Assembly: GCA_963849325.1 (NCBI GenBank)
Contig: CAWKHF010000005.1
Span: 1 to 64,000 of the forward strand
Source of the DNA: an uncultured Planctomycetota bacterium
Lineage (GTDB): Bacteria; Planctomycetota; Planctomycetia; Gemmatales; Gemmataceae
DNA: 64,000 nt
Direction: 5' to 3'
The notes beneath the pieces are model-generated. The model was not told the DNA's origin. It did no database searches and saw nothing but the letters and a program-made list of their open reading frames with translations. Positions 49,674 through 62,998 of the stretch are shown here, piece by piece. The position numbers were made by a program, and so were the translations under genes. The first letter of the stretch is position 1. The number at the start of each line of letters is the position of its first letter.

Positions 49674-50567
49674 TCAGGGTGTCTTTCCTTTGGACAAGGA
49701 TTCGTAGCCGGATAGGACGTCGAATAATTCCTCATCAATGGAAGTCTGGCGCAGGCGGCGGAACGTCTGATTCAAGGTTCCCAGCAGTTCGTCAATGTTT
49801 TTCTCGGCTCGTTGCATGGCGGCCAAGCGGCTCGCGTTTTCGCTGGCCAACGATTCGGCGCAAGCCTTGAAGAGCGAAACAAAAAGATACTCCCGCACGA
49901 GTGCCGACAGCGTTTGCACCTGGCTTCCTATGACCTCGGGCAGGGTTTTTGTTGGCCACGGGAGATGGGCCAGCCGGACTCCCCATTGTGCATCCAGGGG
50001 CAGCAGGCGTTGACTGACCGTTTCATAGGTCGCCCCGGACCTGGGGCCGTTGTGGAAGAGGTAAAGTTGACCGATCTCCCCCGTGCCGTGATGCGCCTCA
50101 CTTTCAACGAGAATCTGCCCGACGAGCGGCGTGATGGCGTTGACGGAAGTCGGAACGGCGAAAAGTCCGACCGGCGCCAAACCGGCATCCGCCAGCCGCG
50201 CGTGGATGCGCTCACCGACCGCCCAGACTTTCTTTTCGCCGGGCAGAGCATTCAGCGCTGTAACGACAAAATCAGCCAGCACATCATTGAATTGGCCGAC
50301 GAGTCCCTGATCCGAGCCGAAGACGATGGCGCACACCGTCTTCACATTGTCTGAACGGCGACCTTGTTCGGCTGTGGCCATTCCCTGCTTCCTCAGGCAG
50401 ACAAGCAAACCCAACTCCACGGTGCGATAATAGTCGGCCAGGGCCAGCACGGACTTCTCATATTGGCCGATGCTCGCGGCTGCCAGGGCCTTCATCGAGC
50501 GGACCACGGATTCCAGATCACCCGCTCCGTTGATTTTGCGGCGCAAACTCGCCAGGGTATCGCTCAT
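49674..50567 (-). CDS. atpG: N-ATPase gamma subunit
   Basis: [34 protein letters not shown]. Confidence 0.95.
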   Translation of the reverse strand: MSDTLASLRRKINGAGDLESVVRSMKALAAASIGQYEKSVLALADYYRTVELGLLVCLRKQGMATAEQGRRSDNVKTVCAIVFGSDQGLVGQFNDVLADFVVTALNALPGEKKVWAVGERIHARLADAGLAPVGLFAVPTSVNAITPLVGQILVESEAHHGTGEIGQLYLFHNGPRSGATYETVSQRLLPLDAQWGVRLAHLPWPTKTLPEVIGSQVQTLSALVREYLFVSLFKACAESLASENASRLAAMQRAEKNIDELLGTLNQTFRRLRQTSIDEELFDVLSGYESLSKGKTP

Positions 50568-52123
50568 GGTTTCCCCTTGGTTTCGGGAGCGGGTTTTGGC
50601 TGGAACGACGCGATCGCTGTGCCGGCGATTTGCAGAATGGCTTTGCGGTCCTCGTCGCTCAACGGGTCCTTAGAGGAAAATCGTTTACGAACCTCGGCCG
50701 GGATGTCCGCGGCCGATTTTCGCAGAGCTTGCTCGGCATCGCGCACCTTGTCAATTGGCACGCTATCCAGCAGACCGGCGGTGAGCGCCACGAGGATGAC
50801 GATTTGTTCGGGAACGGACGCGGGCTCGAACTCCGGCTGTTTGAGGACTGCGCGGATTCGCTGGCCATGGTCGATGATCTTGCGGGTGTGTTCATCGAGC
50901 CGAGTGCCGAACTTGGCGAAAGATTCCAGCTCGGTGAACTGCGCGTACGCGAGCTTGAGATCGCCCGCCACCGCACGGTAGGCCGCCCGTTGTGCCTTGC
51001 CGCCGACGCGTGAGACGGACTTGCCGACATCGACGGCGGGAAGAACGCCCAGCTCGAACAGCGTCGGCGAGAGGTAGATCTGCCCGTCCGTGATGGAGAT
51101 GAGATTCGTCGGAATGTACGCGGAGATGTTCTGCGCCTCGGTCTCGATGATGGGCAGTGCGGTGAGCGAGCCGCCATGAAAGTCGTCGCCGAGATGAGTG
51201 GCACGCTCCAGCAGCCGCGAGTGGATGTAAAAGATATCGCCGGGAAAAGCTTCGCGACCGGGTGGGCGGCGCAGCAGCAAGGAAAGCTCGCGATAGGCCC
51301 GTGCGTGGTGGGTGAGATCGTCGTAAACGATGAGTACGTCCCGGCCCGCTTCCATGAAATGCTCCGCGATGCTGGTTGCGGCGTAGGGGGCGATGTAGGC
51401 GAGCCCGGGCGGGTCGTTGCCTTCAGTCACGACGACGACGGTGTAATCCATGGCGCCTTTTTCGCGCAGGTTGGCGACGACCTTGGCGACGGCGGACGCA
51501 CGCTGGCCGATGGCGCAATAGACGCACAGCACATTTTGGCCGCGCTGATTCAGAATCGTGTCAATAGCGATGGCGGACTTGCCGGTTTGCCGATCGCCGA
51601 GGATCAGTTCACGCTGGCCGCGGCCGATCGGAATGAGAGCATCGATGACGATGAGGCCGGTCTGCAGAGGAACGGTGACGGGAGCGCGGTCCATGATGGG
51701 CGGGGCGGGGCGTTCGATGGGCAAACGCTGGCTGGAGGCGACCGGCCCTTTCCCATCGAGTGGCCGGCCCAACGGGTCGATGACGCGCCCGATCAGTCCA
51801 TCGCCCACCGGCACGTCCATCACGCGCCCCGTGCGCTCGACTTCAGCGCCCGCGTGGAGGTGCTCGCAATCACCAAGGAGCACGACGCCGATTTCGTCCT
51901 CATCGACGTTGAACGCAATGCCGTACAGATCCCCGGGAAACTTCACCAGTTCATCAAAGCCCACGCCCGGAAGGCCCGAGACTTTGGCGATGCCGATGGA
52001 GACACTCGTGATCGTCCCCACCTCACGCGGCGTCATTTGCGGTGTGAAAGTTTCCAACGTCCGGCTGATACCAGCGAACGCCTGATCGAAGACGGTATGC
52101 AGGCTATCCGGCGAGTTGTTCAT
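50564..52123 (-). CDS. atpA: N-ATPase alpha subunit
   Basis: [36 protein letters not shown]. Confidence 0.97.
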   Translation of the reverse strand: MNNSPDSLHTVFDQAFAGISRTLETFTPQMTPREVGTITSVSIGIAKVSGLPGVGFDELVKFPGDLYGIAFNVDEDEIGVVLLGDCEHLHAGAEVERTGRVMDVPVGDGLIGRVIDPLGRPLDGKGPVASSQRLPIERPAPPIMDRAPVTVPLQTGLIVIDALIPIGRGQRELILGDRQTGKSAIAIDTILNQRGQNVLCVYCAIGQRASAVAKVVANLREKGAMDYTVVVVTEGNDPPGLAYIAPYAATSIAEHFMEAGRDVLIVYDDLTHHARAYRELSLLLRRPPGREAFPGDIFYIHSRLLERATHLGDDFHGGSLTALPIIETEAQNISAYIPTNLISITDGQIYLSPTLFELGVLPAVDVGKSVSRVGGKAQRAAYRAVAGDLKLAYAQFTELESFAKFGTRLDEHTRKIIDHGQRIRAVLKQPEFEPASVPEQIVILVALTAGLLDSVPIDKVRDAEQALRKSAADIPAEVRKRFSSKDPLSDEDRKAILQIAGTAIASFQPKPAPETKGKP

Positions 52124-53034
52124 TAGTCCCCCTTAGGAGCGGAGGGTACCGGTGCAAACCCAGGCTTGGATTCAGCCTTTGGCTCTTGCTTGGCTTTAGC
52201 CATTGACTCGGGTATGACCTCAGCCTTTGGCTCGGACTTCACTTCGGGCTTCGGCTCAGGTTTCGCTTCGGCCTTCGCATCCTTGTGCAGAAGTTCGCCG
52301 GCGCTTTTTTCCATCATCGTGAGATAATCCGAGATGCTCCAGGCCACCTTCTGTCCGTTGGTGGAGAGTTCGATGCCGCTGACCAGCTCGGGCACGGTCT
52401 CGAACTGGATGTGAATATCAGCCGAAAAGGTTTCGTTCAGCGCTGTTTGTATCACCGCGCGCTGCTCCGGCGGCAGATCGAACGCGCTGCGCACACGCGC
52501 CGGTTGGGTCGAAGTCTTGAGAGCCGCGGCCAATTGCTCCTTGGCTGCGCCCGTTAACGCGCGCAGGCGCTGAACGAACACGTCCCCCATGCGTTCCTCA
52601 AGGCTGGTGGTGGAGAGGTCCGCCAGCGTCTTTCGCGCGATGGCAAAAACTTGCTTCTGCGTCCAGCGGGTAATTTCTTGACTGAGGTTCCGTTGTTCCT
52701 TTCGCATTGCGTCCTGGCGTTTGGCACGCAACGAGTCGGCATCCTTTCGTGCTTCGTCGATGATCCGTTGCCCTTCGCCGTTGGCCTCGTCTGTGGCTTT
52801 TTTCAATAGCGCTGCACGCTCCTGGTCGAAGGCCTCGTTCTTGTGCTGAAAGTCGTCGCGCTCCTTTTGCGCTTCAGCCTTCTTCGCCTCGGCCTGGGCG
52901 AGCTGCGCGGCGATCCCTTTCTCCCGCTCGTCGATGGCGTGGAGGATGGGTTTGTACAGGAATCGCTTCAACAACCACACCAGGATGAGAAAGTTGATTG
53001 CTTGTGCGACGACGGTGAACCAATCGATCGGCAT
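52123..53034 (-). CDS. atpF: N-ATPase b subunit (b-delta fusion type) with Pro/Lys/Glu tail
   Basis: [41 protein letters not shown]. Confidence 0.93.
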   Translation of the reverse strand: MPIDWFTVVAQAINFLILVWLLKRFLYKPILHAIDEREKGIAAQLAQAEAKKAEAQKERDDFQHKNEAFDQERAALLKKATDEANGEGQRIIDEARKDADSLRAKRQDAMRKEQRNLSQEITRWTQKQVFAIARKTLADLSTTSLEERMGDVFVQRLRALTGAAKEQLAAALKTSTQPARVRSAFDLPPEQRAVIQTALNETFSADIHIQFETVPELVSGIELSTNGQKVAWSISDYLTMMEKSAGELLHKDAKAEAKPEPKPEVKSEPKAEVIPESMAKAKQEPKAESKPGFAPVPSAPKGD

Positions 53035-53037
53035 GGC

Positions 53038-53319
53038 TCACCTTCCTGTGCTTTGGGCAATGACGTGGTTCCAAAACGGGTTGGCGAAGATCAGAATCAT
53101 CGAGACCACGAGACAATAGATGGCAATGGATTCGATCATCGCCAGTCCCACGAACAAGGTTCGTGTGATGGTGCTTGCGGCATCGGGCTGTTGTGCCAGC
53201 GCATTCAAAGCCGTGGAGACCGCCCGCCCTTCGCCCAGCGCGGGCGCGATGCTCCCAAGTCCCATCGTGGCGCCGGCGGTTATGATTGAAACGATCGCGA
53301 TAAGTGTCATGCTGTCCAT
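53038..53319 (-). CDS. atpE: N-ATPase c subunit
   Basis: ALGEG, AQQPD loop, LAMIESIAIY. Confidence 0.95.
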   Translation of the reverse strand: MDSMTLIAIVSIITAGATMGLGSIAPALGEGRAVSTALNALAQQPDAASTITRTLFVGLAMIESIAIYCLVVSMILIFANPFWNHVIAQSTGR

Positions 53320-53349
53320 ACGTGTCCTTTCGTCGCTAGTGGTCTTGTT

Positions 53350-54021
53350 TCATCCTTCGCGGGTTCGCGTGGCGGCTGCGATGTAAACGGTGGCGAGGAT
53401 GCTGAAAATGTAAGCCTGCACCATGCCGGTGAGCAAACCGAGCAGGTTCATAAAGATCGGGAAGATGAGGGGCGCGATCGTCAGCAAGATGCCGACAATC
53501 AACGTCCCGCTCATGATGTTGCCGAACAGCCGGATGGCCAGAGCAAACGTGCGTGAGAACTCGCTGATGATGTTAAACGGCAGCATGATGAACGTGGGCT
53601 TCAAGTAGGATTTGAGGTAACCGACAAATCCTTGCTCCTCAATGCCGAAGAGCAACACGGCGACAAACACGGAGATCGCCAGCGCCGACGTTGTCGAGAG
53701 CGAGCCGGTGGGCGGTTCGTACCAGGGGAGAATCGCGCAGAGGTTGGACACCGCGATGAAAAGAAATAAGGTGCCAATAAAGCCGAGATACTTCTCCGGA
53801 TGGAGCAGGCCCACCTCTTTGATCTGCTTTTGAATCGTCGTGACCACGATTTCAAGGAAGCCTTGCCAGCGTGAGATATCCCCTTCGGTTTTGAGCTTGC
53901 GTGTGATTAGCATCGCCCCAACGGTCATCACGAGCATCAACGCCCAGGTCGTGACGATCGTGCTATTAAGCACGACAAAGCCCCACTTCCAGAAGACCAG
54001 CTCGTCGGGACTAATCCGCAT
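53350..54021 (-). CDS. atpB: N-ATPase a subunit
   Basis: PPTGSLST, ALAIRLFGNI, VQAYIF..LATVY. Confidence 0.95.
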   Translation of the reverse strand: MRISPDELVFWKWGFVVLNSTIVTTWALMLVMTVGAMLITRKLKTEGDISRWQGFLEIVVTTIQKQIKEVGLLHPEKYLGFIGTLFLFIAVSNLCAILPWYEPPTGSLSTTSALAISVFVAVLLFGIEEQGFVGYLKSYLKPTFIMLPFNIISEFSRTFALAIRLFGNIMSGTLIVGILLTIAPLIFPIFMNLLGLLTGMVQAYIFSILATVYIAAATRTREG

Positions 54022-54328
54022 TGCTAGTCTCCTTTTCCAATGGAGTCGGGTCCTTCGCAGGCGCTCGTGTGAGCCATTTCACGACGATGACGCGCGCGAT
54101 GACAAATCCAGCAAGGCACGCCAGGAACCTCGACCAATGATCCTGCGAGACAAAATAGAAACCAGCCAGAACCGTACCGGTTCGCAGCAGCAAGCTGCCG
54201 AGGAACCAGAGCGCTGACCTCTCGGACGCAACGCCCTTCTGGACCGTCCACCAAAGGCCGCCGAAGAAGAACGCGCCGAGCAAGGCGCCGGCAAGCGACG
54301 CCAGGGCAAGAGCCAGGATGTCATTCAT
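54011..54328 (-). CDS. atpR: N-ATPase AtpR subunit
   Basis: FFGGLWWTV..SLLLR..GFVIAR; position in the atpDCQRBEFAG order. Confidence 0.88.
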   Translation of the reverse strand: MNDILALALASLAGALLGAFFFGGLWWTVQKGVASERSALWFLGSLLLRTGTVLAGFYFVSQDHWSRFLACLAGFVIARVIVVKWLTRAPAKDPTPLEKETSNAD

Positions 54329-54642
54329 CCGGATCCTCCTGCATTTCCTTGTATTCGGAGGCGACCCAATGCCAGGCATTCAAACAGCCGATGATCAAAC
54401 CAAGGAGAAGCAGCATCAGCGTCCATGAAAACCGACTCGGATAATGGTTGTCCACCCAGATGCCGAGCGCGGCGCCGATCAGAGTCGGAACCGTCACGGA
54501 CCAACCGATCAACCCGGACATGCCCAGGCCAAACCAGACGCTCCTTTTGGCGCCGCGCTGCGCCTTCCGCTTGCGCGCTGCCTGTGCGCCGACCTGCCGG
54601 CTGAAGTTCGTCTCTTCGTTTGGGACGTTCACTTTGTTCTCT

Positions 54643-54650
<8 letters not shown>
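54321..54650 (-). CDS. atpQ: N-ATPase AtpQ (AtpZ/AtpI-like) subunit
   Basis: GLIGWSVTVPTLIGAALGIWVD..GCLNAWHW. Confidence 0.88.
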
Positions 54651-56546
<1,896 letters not shown>

Positions 56547-56550
<4 letters not shown>

Positions 56551-58913
56551 TTGCGGTTGCTCCACTTCCAGTTCCGGATTTCCGGCAGGTCTTGGCCGTA
56601 CCGGGCGATATACTGCTTATGCTCGATAAGTTTGTCAATGAGCTTCTGCTTCAGGTATATGCCCTTGTCGCCGGTCTGCGGTACGCGGTCTATGGTGTCC
56701 ATCACGAGATGGAAGCGGTCCAGATCGTTCCGCACGGTCATGTCGAAGGGCGTGGTGACGGTGCCCTCTTCCTTGTAGCCGCGGACGTGGATGTTGTCGT
56801 GGTTAGTGCGGCGGTAGGTGAGCCGGTGGATCAACCACGGGTAGGCATGGAAGGCGAAGATGACCGGCTTGTCCTTGGTGAAGAGCTGGTCGAAATCGAT
56901 GTCACTCAACCCGTGCGGATGTTCGGTTTGCGGCTGCAACTTCATGAGATCGACTACGTTGACCACCCGGATTTTCAGGTCGGGCAGGTGTTCGCGCATG
57001 ATGGAGACGGCGGCGAGCGTCTCCAGGGTGGGCACGTCGCCACAGCAGGCCATGACCACGTCGGGTGCAGCGCTCTGGTCGTTGCTGGCCCACGGCCAGA
57101 TTCCGATGCCCTCGGTGCAGTGCTGGACGGCGGCCTCCATTGTCAGCCACTGCGGCGCTGGGTGTTTGCCCGCGACCACGACGTTGACGTAATGGCGGCT
57201 GCGCAGGCAGTGGTCCATCACGGATAATAGGCAGTTTGCATCCGGCGGAAGGTAAACACGCACGACCCCGGCCTTCTTGTTCACGACGTGGTCGATGAAA
57301 CCGGGATCCTGGTGCGTGAAGCCGTTGTGATCCTGGCGCCAGACATGCGAGGCCAGCAGGTAGTTTAACGAGGCGATCTGCCGCCGCCACGGCAGGTGCG
57401 ACGTGACCTTTAGCCACTTGGCGTGCTGGTTGAACATTGAATCGACGATGTGAATAAACGCCTCGTAGCAGTTGAAGAGTCCATGCCGCCCGGTGAGCAG
57501 GTAGCCCTCGAGCCAGCCCTCGCATTGGTGCTCGCTGAGCATTTCCATCACGCGCCCAGTGGGCGCCAGGAATTCGTCATTCGGCGCGGTCGCGGCATCC
57601 CATTGGCGTTTGGTCACCTCAAAGAGAGCCTCCAGGCCGTTGGAGAGCGTCTCGTCAGGGCCAAAGACCCGGAAATTCCTCTGCTCACTGTTCAGCTTCG
57701 ATATATCGCGCAGGAAACGCCCGAGCACATGGGTGTCGCCGATGCCGGGCACTCCCGGCGAATCCACATCGATCGCGTATTCGCGGAAGTCGGGCATCCG
57801 CAGGTCGCGGAGCAGATTGCCGCCGTTGGCGTGAGGATTGGCCCCCATGCGCCGTTCGCCCTTGGGCGCCAGCTCGGCCAGCTCCGGTTTCAGCAGGCCC
57901 CGCTCGTCGAAGAGTTCCTCCGGCCGGTAGCTCCTCAGCCAGTCTTCCAACAGCTTGAGGTGTTCGGGATGGGTGGCCGGGTCTGAAAGCGGCACCTGGT
58001 GTGCGCGGAAGGTGCCTTCAACCTGTAGACCATCGACCATCTTCGGCCCTGTCCAGCCCTTGGGCGAATTGAGGACGATCATCGGCCAGCGTGGACGCGC
58101 AATTTTCCCGTGGACGCGAGCTTCTTGCTGGATCTTCTTGATCTGCTCCACCACCGTATCGAGCGTCGCGGCCATCGCCTGATGCATGAGTTCAGGCTCG
58201 TGACCCTCGACGAAGTGCGGGGTCCAACCATAGCCGCGGAGCAACTGATCCAATTCCTCATGTTCGATACGGGCCAGGATCGTCGGGTTGGAAATCTTGT
58301 AGCCGTTGAGATGCAGGATCGGCAGCACCGCCCCGTCGCTGGCCGGATTCAGAAACTTGTTGGAATGCCACGCCGTGGCCAGCGGTCCGGTTTCCGCCTC
58401 GCCATCGCCGACGACGCAGGCGACGATGAGATCGGGATTGTCGAACACCGCGCCGAACGAATGGCTGAGCGAATAGCCCAGTTCGCCGCCCTCGTGGATC
58501 GAGCCAGGACACTCCGGCGATGCGTGACTGGGAATTCCTCCGGGAAACGAAAACTGAAGGAAAAGCTTCCGAAGCCCGGCCTCATCCTGGCTAATGTCGG
58601 GATAGATTTCGGTGTAAGTGCCTTCGAGATAAGTGTTGCCCACGACGGCCGGGCCGCCGTGCCCGGGGCCGGAGACGTAAATCATGTTGAGGTCGTATTT
58701 CTTGATGACCCGGTTCAAATGCACGTAAATGAAGTTCTGCCCGGGAGTTGTACCCCAATGTCCTAGCAGCATGTGCTTCACATCCGCGAGCGTCAGAGGC
58801 CGCTTCAGCAGCGGATTGTCGAAGAGGTAGATCTGTCCGACCGCCAAATAATTGGCCGCCCGCCAGTAAGCGTCCATTCTCCGCAGCAGGTCTGGGGAAA
58901 GGGGTTCGTTCAT
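56547..58913 (-). CDS. xfp: Xylulose-5-phosphate/fructose-6-phosphate phosphoketolase
   Basis: [42 protein letters not shown] overlap with atpD. Confidence 0.96.
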
Positions 58914-59545
58914 AAGGCTGCTCCTAGAAACGGGTTCCACGCAGGAGTCAGGAGTCTCCACGCCGACTGATCCGACCTGGGTGAAGCGGGCGGTACTCCC
59001 GCAACGCAATCACTGCCAGACCTCCGGCGGAACGTGCGCCAGGTCCGTCGCTATAAGCCGCTCGGCGTGAAAGCTGGTGGCCCGGGGGCCAGGCAACAGC
59101 AACCGGCAGCTCAGGCAACAGCAACCGGCCGCTTTTGCCGCCTCCAGCCCCGGCAACGGCGTCCTCGACGACCAGGCAGGCGGCCGGGGGGCAGCTTCAG
59201 CCGCTGTGCCGCCGTCAGCAACAGGTCGGGATGCGGCTTCTTGCGCCAGACTTTCACTGGCATCGACAACCGCGTCGAAACTGCTGGGCATTAGGCCGAC
59301 CTCCCGGAGATTGTATTCCACCTTGATTGCTGCGGCGTTGCTGGCCGGCGCGACCTTGAGGTGCCGCCTTGCTCGCCGACCATACGCGCAGCGTACCGGG
59401 AAGGGAGTCTTGCCTGCTGCGGTTCTCTCGACCTACGCGCGGAAGCCGAAGTCCTCAGCGCGCTGAGGACCGACACACCGCCTTCAGCGATTGCCGCAGC
59501 TGAACGGCTGTCACCCTCGGCCCGTGAACGCGCACCCCTTTGTGA

Positions 59546-60877
59546 TTAAGCGGGTAATCGCTGGGCAGCTTCGGTAGCCAGTAGCTGCTCCCGGAGCCAA
59601 TTCAGGGCCTTGAAAAACTCCTCGTCGCTTGGGATCACGTAATGACGATCCGCCATGTTGCGGGGAGAATCCGCGAGGAAGTGGTTGGCGTAGAACTTGT
59701 ATTGCGGATGCTGGCCCAGAATCGTCGCCGATGTCTTCCGCAGGTGCTTCATGCCGAGGCGGATTTTCTCCAGCTCCAGCTTTTCGGCAAGCCGGGTCCA
59801 TGCCGAGTGAATGCAGTCATATCGTTTCATCTTCCCATCTTCCAGCCAGAACCTGACCAGCGGGTTGCCTTCGTCAGTGGTGAGCGCCAGCTCGCCCTTG
59901 GCCCGGTGCTTCTTGAGCAGGGCGAGCGTCTCCGGCCACAGCTTGTAGGTTACGACCGGCCCGTTGCGGTCGCGTGTCTTGCTGCGGGCGCGGGTGATGG
60001 TCCCGTTCTTCCAGTTGACTTCCTCGGTCCGCAGCTCGGCGATGTCGTTCTGGTACATGCCGCAATTGAGCATGAGCAGCAGGTACAGCTTCGTCTTGTC
60101 GGAGAAGCCATCGCAGCCGGCGAGAAGGGTCCTGACTTCGACCGGGGTGAAGGTTTCGATCTTCGCAGGTGCGGAATGGTTGAAGCGGAAGCGGCGGGAG
60201 CGGATGTTGCCGGGCAGCGGGATCAGCTTCATTTCGGCCAAGCGGGAGATGAACTGCTTGGCGGTCATCATCAGCGTATGGGCGTAGGTGGGGGAATACT
60301 TGCCGGTGGCGATCTGCGTGGACAGGTAATTGAAAAAGCCTTCCAGCTTGCTCTCCTCGATGGCGTCGATGGCGGCGTCTTCGCCTATCCACGTGACGAA
60401 GTTGCCGATGTTGCGGCAGTAGGCGTCGTACCTTCCTTCGCTCATCTGGCCGGACTGACACACGCCATGCAAAAGCGTCTTCCACGCTTCGACCTGCGCC
60501 TTGACGGTACGCTCCGGCGGAGTGACCTTGGCGGTGCTTTCGATCATTGCCTCGGCCTGGACCTTGATCTTTTGGTACTGCCCGTTCCCCACCAGCGAAT
60601 CGACAATCTTCTCCCGGCTGGGCTCATCCAGCGATTGCCAGTCCTGCACCATCGACCAGACCTTGAAGGCGTTGGCCCGCAGCTCCTCTTCGGTGGGCGG
60701 AGCCGCCTCGATTTCCTTCTGCTTGTTTTCCCACCAGCGGTTGGCGGCAGCGGCGCTTTCCTCTTTCGTGTCCGGGCGTTCGAGCTGCTTGCAGGAGACC
60801 GCGTACATCTTGCCTTTGTGCTTCTTGATCCACCGGCGGGATTCGGGAATCCAGGTCATGAGGAGTCGGCGTGCCAT
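59546..60877 (-). CDS. Tyrosine recombinase/integrase of the element, with divergent active-site motifs
   Basis: Adjacent to the tRNA 3' end and reading inward; NCGMYQNDI, RARSKT, KHLRKT, DRHY. Confidence 0.85.
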   Translation of the reverse strand: MARRLLMTWIPESRRWIKKHKGKMYAVSCKQLERPDTKEESAAAANRWWENKQKEIEAAPPTEEELRANAFKVWSMVQDWQSLDEPSREKIVDSLVGNGQYQKIKVQAEAMIESTAKVTPPERTVKAQVEAWKTLLHGVCQSGQMSEGRYDAYCRNIGNFVTWIGEDAAIDAIEESKLEGFFNYLSTQIATGKYSPTYAHTLMMTAKQFISRLAEMKLIPLPGNIRSRRFRFNHSAPAKIETFTPVEVRTLLAGCDGFSDKTKLYLLLMLNCGMYQNDIAELRTEEVNWKNGTITRARSKTRDRNGPVVTYKLWPETLALLKKHRAKGELALTTDEGNPLVRFWLEDGKMKRYDCIHSAWTRLAEKLELEKIRLGMKHLRKTSATILGQHPQYKFYANHFLADSPRNMADRHYVIPSDEEFFKALNWLREQLLATEAAQRLPA

Positions 60878-61070
60878 AGGTTTTGCCCTCTTGTAAACCG
60901 TAAATGCCGCACCTTCATTCTATGGTCGCAGCCGGCAAAATCAATGGCTTGTAAACCGTTTTGTAAACCGAAAGGCGGGAAAACGGTTGGACGGGTATAC
61001 AGCATCAGGAAATGGCGATCTGCCGAGATGTGCGGATTATTGGCGTAAATCCAATGTTTTCAAGGATAAG

Positions 61071-61159
61071 CGGAGAGGGCGGGATTCGAACCCGCGGTGA
61101 GGTTTGACCCCCACACGGCATTTCCAGTGCCGCACAATCGGCCACTCTGTCACCTCTCC
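61071..61159 (-). tRNA. tRNA-Ser(GGA), CCA not encoded; probable integration site
   Basis: Acceptor stem GGAGAGG/CCTCTCC, anticodon arm CGGCA-CTGGAAA-TGCCG, long variable arm, GGTTCGAATCC. Confidence 0.97.
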
Positions 61160-61219
61160 GAATGATGTAACCTGCTTATTTACAAGACATTATGTCTAAG
61201 AGGTACTAACAAAATGGAG

Positions 61220-61270
61220 AGCCGCGACCGCGAGGGAGCGGGAAGAACCGCTCCCTCACGGTCGCGGCCC
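61220..61270. repeat. REP-like inverted pair
   Basis: GCCGCGACCGCGAGGGAGCGG / CCGCTCCCTCACGGTCGCGGC, resembling REP doublets of Planctomycetota and Acidobacteriota. Confidence 0.75.
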
Positions 61271-61911
61271 TCCAAAAAGATAGAGCCTCTAATTCTTTGT
61301 ATAAACCCTCCCAGCTTTGCGATTTTGTAAACTTTTCTGTAAACTACAAGTCGGCTAGTTGGTGCGGCATCTTGTAAACCGCTCTGTAGATTGTATCGGG
61401 GGGAAGGTGAGCGAGCAATCGGACGGGAGAATGAGCCGTGGGAGTGGAGTCCACGAAGGAGTCAACGGTCGATAAGACCGACGCTCGCAAGGCAACCGAC
61501 TGCTGACGGGTGTCACGACCCCCTTGCTTCCTTCCGCGCCCTCCTGGCCCGGTGCGCCGCCGCCTTCGCCCGGCTTTGTTGCCGAACCGCCTCGTTGCAA
61601 AACCCATCCGGTCTGTTGCAAAACCGGCGGCGCAAAGAACAGGGCAGATGCGCGAGACTTTTCCTCTCGCGCATCTTTCGCCCCTGTCCTGTCGTCCCGT
61701 TTTCGCTCGAAAGGTCTCCTGTATCTCTCTTCCGCGACTCCAGAACACAAAAAAGGCAGCCAGCAGCTGCCCGGCTTTATTGCCAACTGACGTTGCTTCT
61801 CAAGCAGGCGAAATGCAGGATACGAGGCAAGGGCGACGTTACCCGGACCCGACCAGCCGCGACGAGACGGGGATGCCGGGGGAAACGCGAACTCGGAGGA
61901 GACGCGCACGC

Positions 61912-62510
61912 ATGGAGGAACCGACCAGCCAGCCCTTGCGACAGGTCGTGGAGGGCATCTATCGCTCCCAGTCGCGGCGCGTCCTCGCGACGCTGATCCG
62001 CCTGCTCGGCGATTTCGACCTCGCCGAGGAGGCCCTGCACGAGGCGTTTGCCGCGGCGGTGGAGCAGTGGCCGCGAGAGGATCGCCGAAGGACAGACCCT
62101 GGTCGAGCAGGCACTCGCGTCCGGGCGGTTCGGCGCGTACACGATTCAGGCGACCATCGCCGCGGTGCATGCCGAGGCGGCGACGGCCCCGGCCACGGAC
62201 TGGCGCCGGATGGTCGCCTGGTACGACGTGCTCGAGCAGCGCCGCATCCTCGCCCGTCGTGGCCCTGAACCGGGCCGTGGCCGTGGCCATGCGCGACGGC
62301 CCCCAGGCGGGCCTCGCGCTCATCGACTCGATCCTGGCCGGGGGGCAGCTCGCCGAGTACCACCTGGCCCACGCGGCGCGGGCCGACTTGTGCCGGCGGC
62401 TGGGGAGGACGGCCGACGCCCGCCAGTCCTACCGCAAGGCGCTGGCGCTGGCCTGACAGGAGCCGGAGCGAGGGTTCCTCGAACGACGCCTCCGCGAACC
62501 GGGCTCGAAA
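61912..62510 (+). pseudogene. ECF42-type sigma factor (C-terminal TPR) with a large internal deletion
   Basis: Region 2 start RVLATLIRLLGDFDLAEEALHEAF..WPRE is joined directly to the C-terminal IAEG..YTIQATIAAVH..TDW..SPVVALNRAVA; further frameshift and premature stop. Confidence 0.85.
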
Positions 62511-62522
62511 AAATATACGCGA

Positions 62523-62549
62523 TGTCGATATCCCGCTTTCCCGAACGAC
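62523..62549 (+). promoter_or_regulatory. Putative ECF42 promoter (TGTCGA..CGAC); a second copy near 63450-63476
   Basis: TGTCGATATCCCGCTTTCCCGAACGAC before the DGPF gene; CGTCGATT..GTTCGAC before the VOC gene. Confidence 0.6.
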
Positions 62550-62601
62550 TACCGCTGTGAAAGCGGCGAGAGTCCGCCGCCAAACCCGTAAGGAGGAAGC
62601 C

Positions 62602-62964
62602 ATGAAATATCTGTTGCTCATCTACACCCCGGAAAATTCCTGGACGCCAGCCGATCGGGAAAAGTGCTTTGCCGAGTCCACCCAGCTTAGCCACGAACTC
62701 CATTCCACAAAGCAGTACCTGGGAGCCGCGCCGCTCCATCCGGTCGCCCTGGCCACGAGTGTTCGGGTGCGGGACGGGAAACGTGTCATGACGGACGGAC
62801 CGTTCGCCGAAAGCCATGAGCAGCTAGGCGGTTTCTTCGTGATCGAGGCCGGACACCTCGACGAAGCCATTGACATCGCCGCACGTATTCCCGGCGCCCG
62901 CAAGGGCACGGTGGAAATCCGGCCGGTCCTGGATCTGCCGGGACTTCCGGACGTGAAATCGTGA
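62602..62964 (+). CDS. YCII-related DGPF protein
   Basis: MKYLLLIY..TDGPFAESHEQLGGFFVI..VEIRP. Confidence 0.92.
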   Translation: MKYLLLIYTPENSWTPADREKCFAESTQLSHELHSTKQYLGAAPLHPVALATSVRVRDGKRVMTDGPFAESHEQLGGFFVIEAGHLDEAIDIAARIPGARKGTVEIRPVLDLPGLPDVKS

Positions 62965-62998
62965 TCCATTGTTCTCTTCGCTGGAAAGGAAAAAACTC

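Larger units (their letters stand above)
60891..61381 (+). repeat. TGTAAAC direct repeats (putative integrase arm sites), three on each side of the tRNA
   Basis: At ~60892, 60950, 60962, 61326, 61338 and 61373. Confidence 0.75.

Noticed and set aside
52130-52290. KPEPK-like repeats at the atpF end as a separate repeat element
   Set aside because: A low-complexity coding tail of the b subunit.
59010-59520. Short ORFs between xfp and the integrase
   Set aside because: No recognisable motif or convincing RBS; probably a remnant or non-coding.
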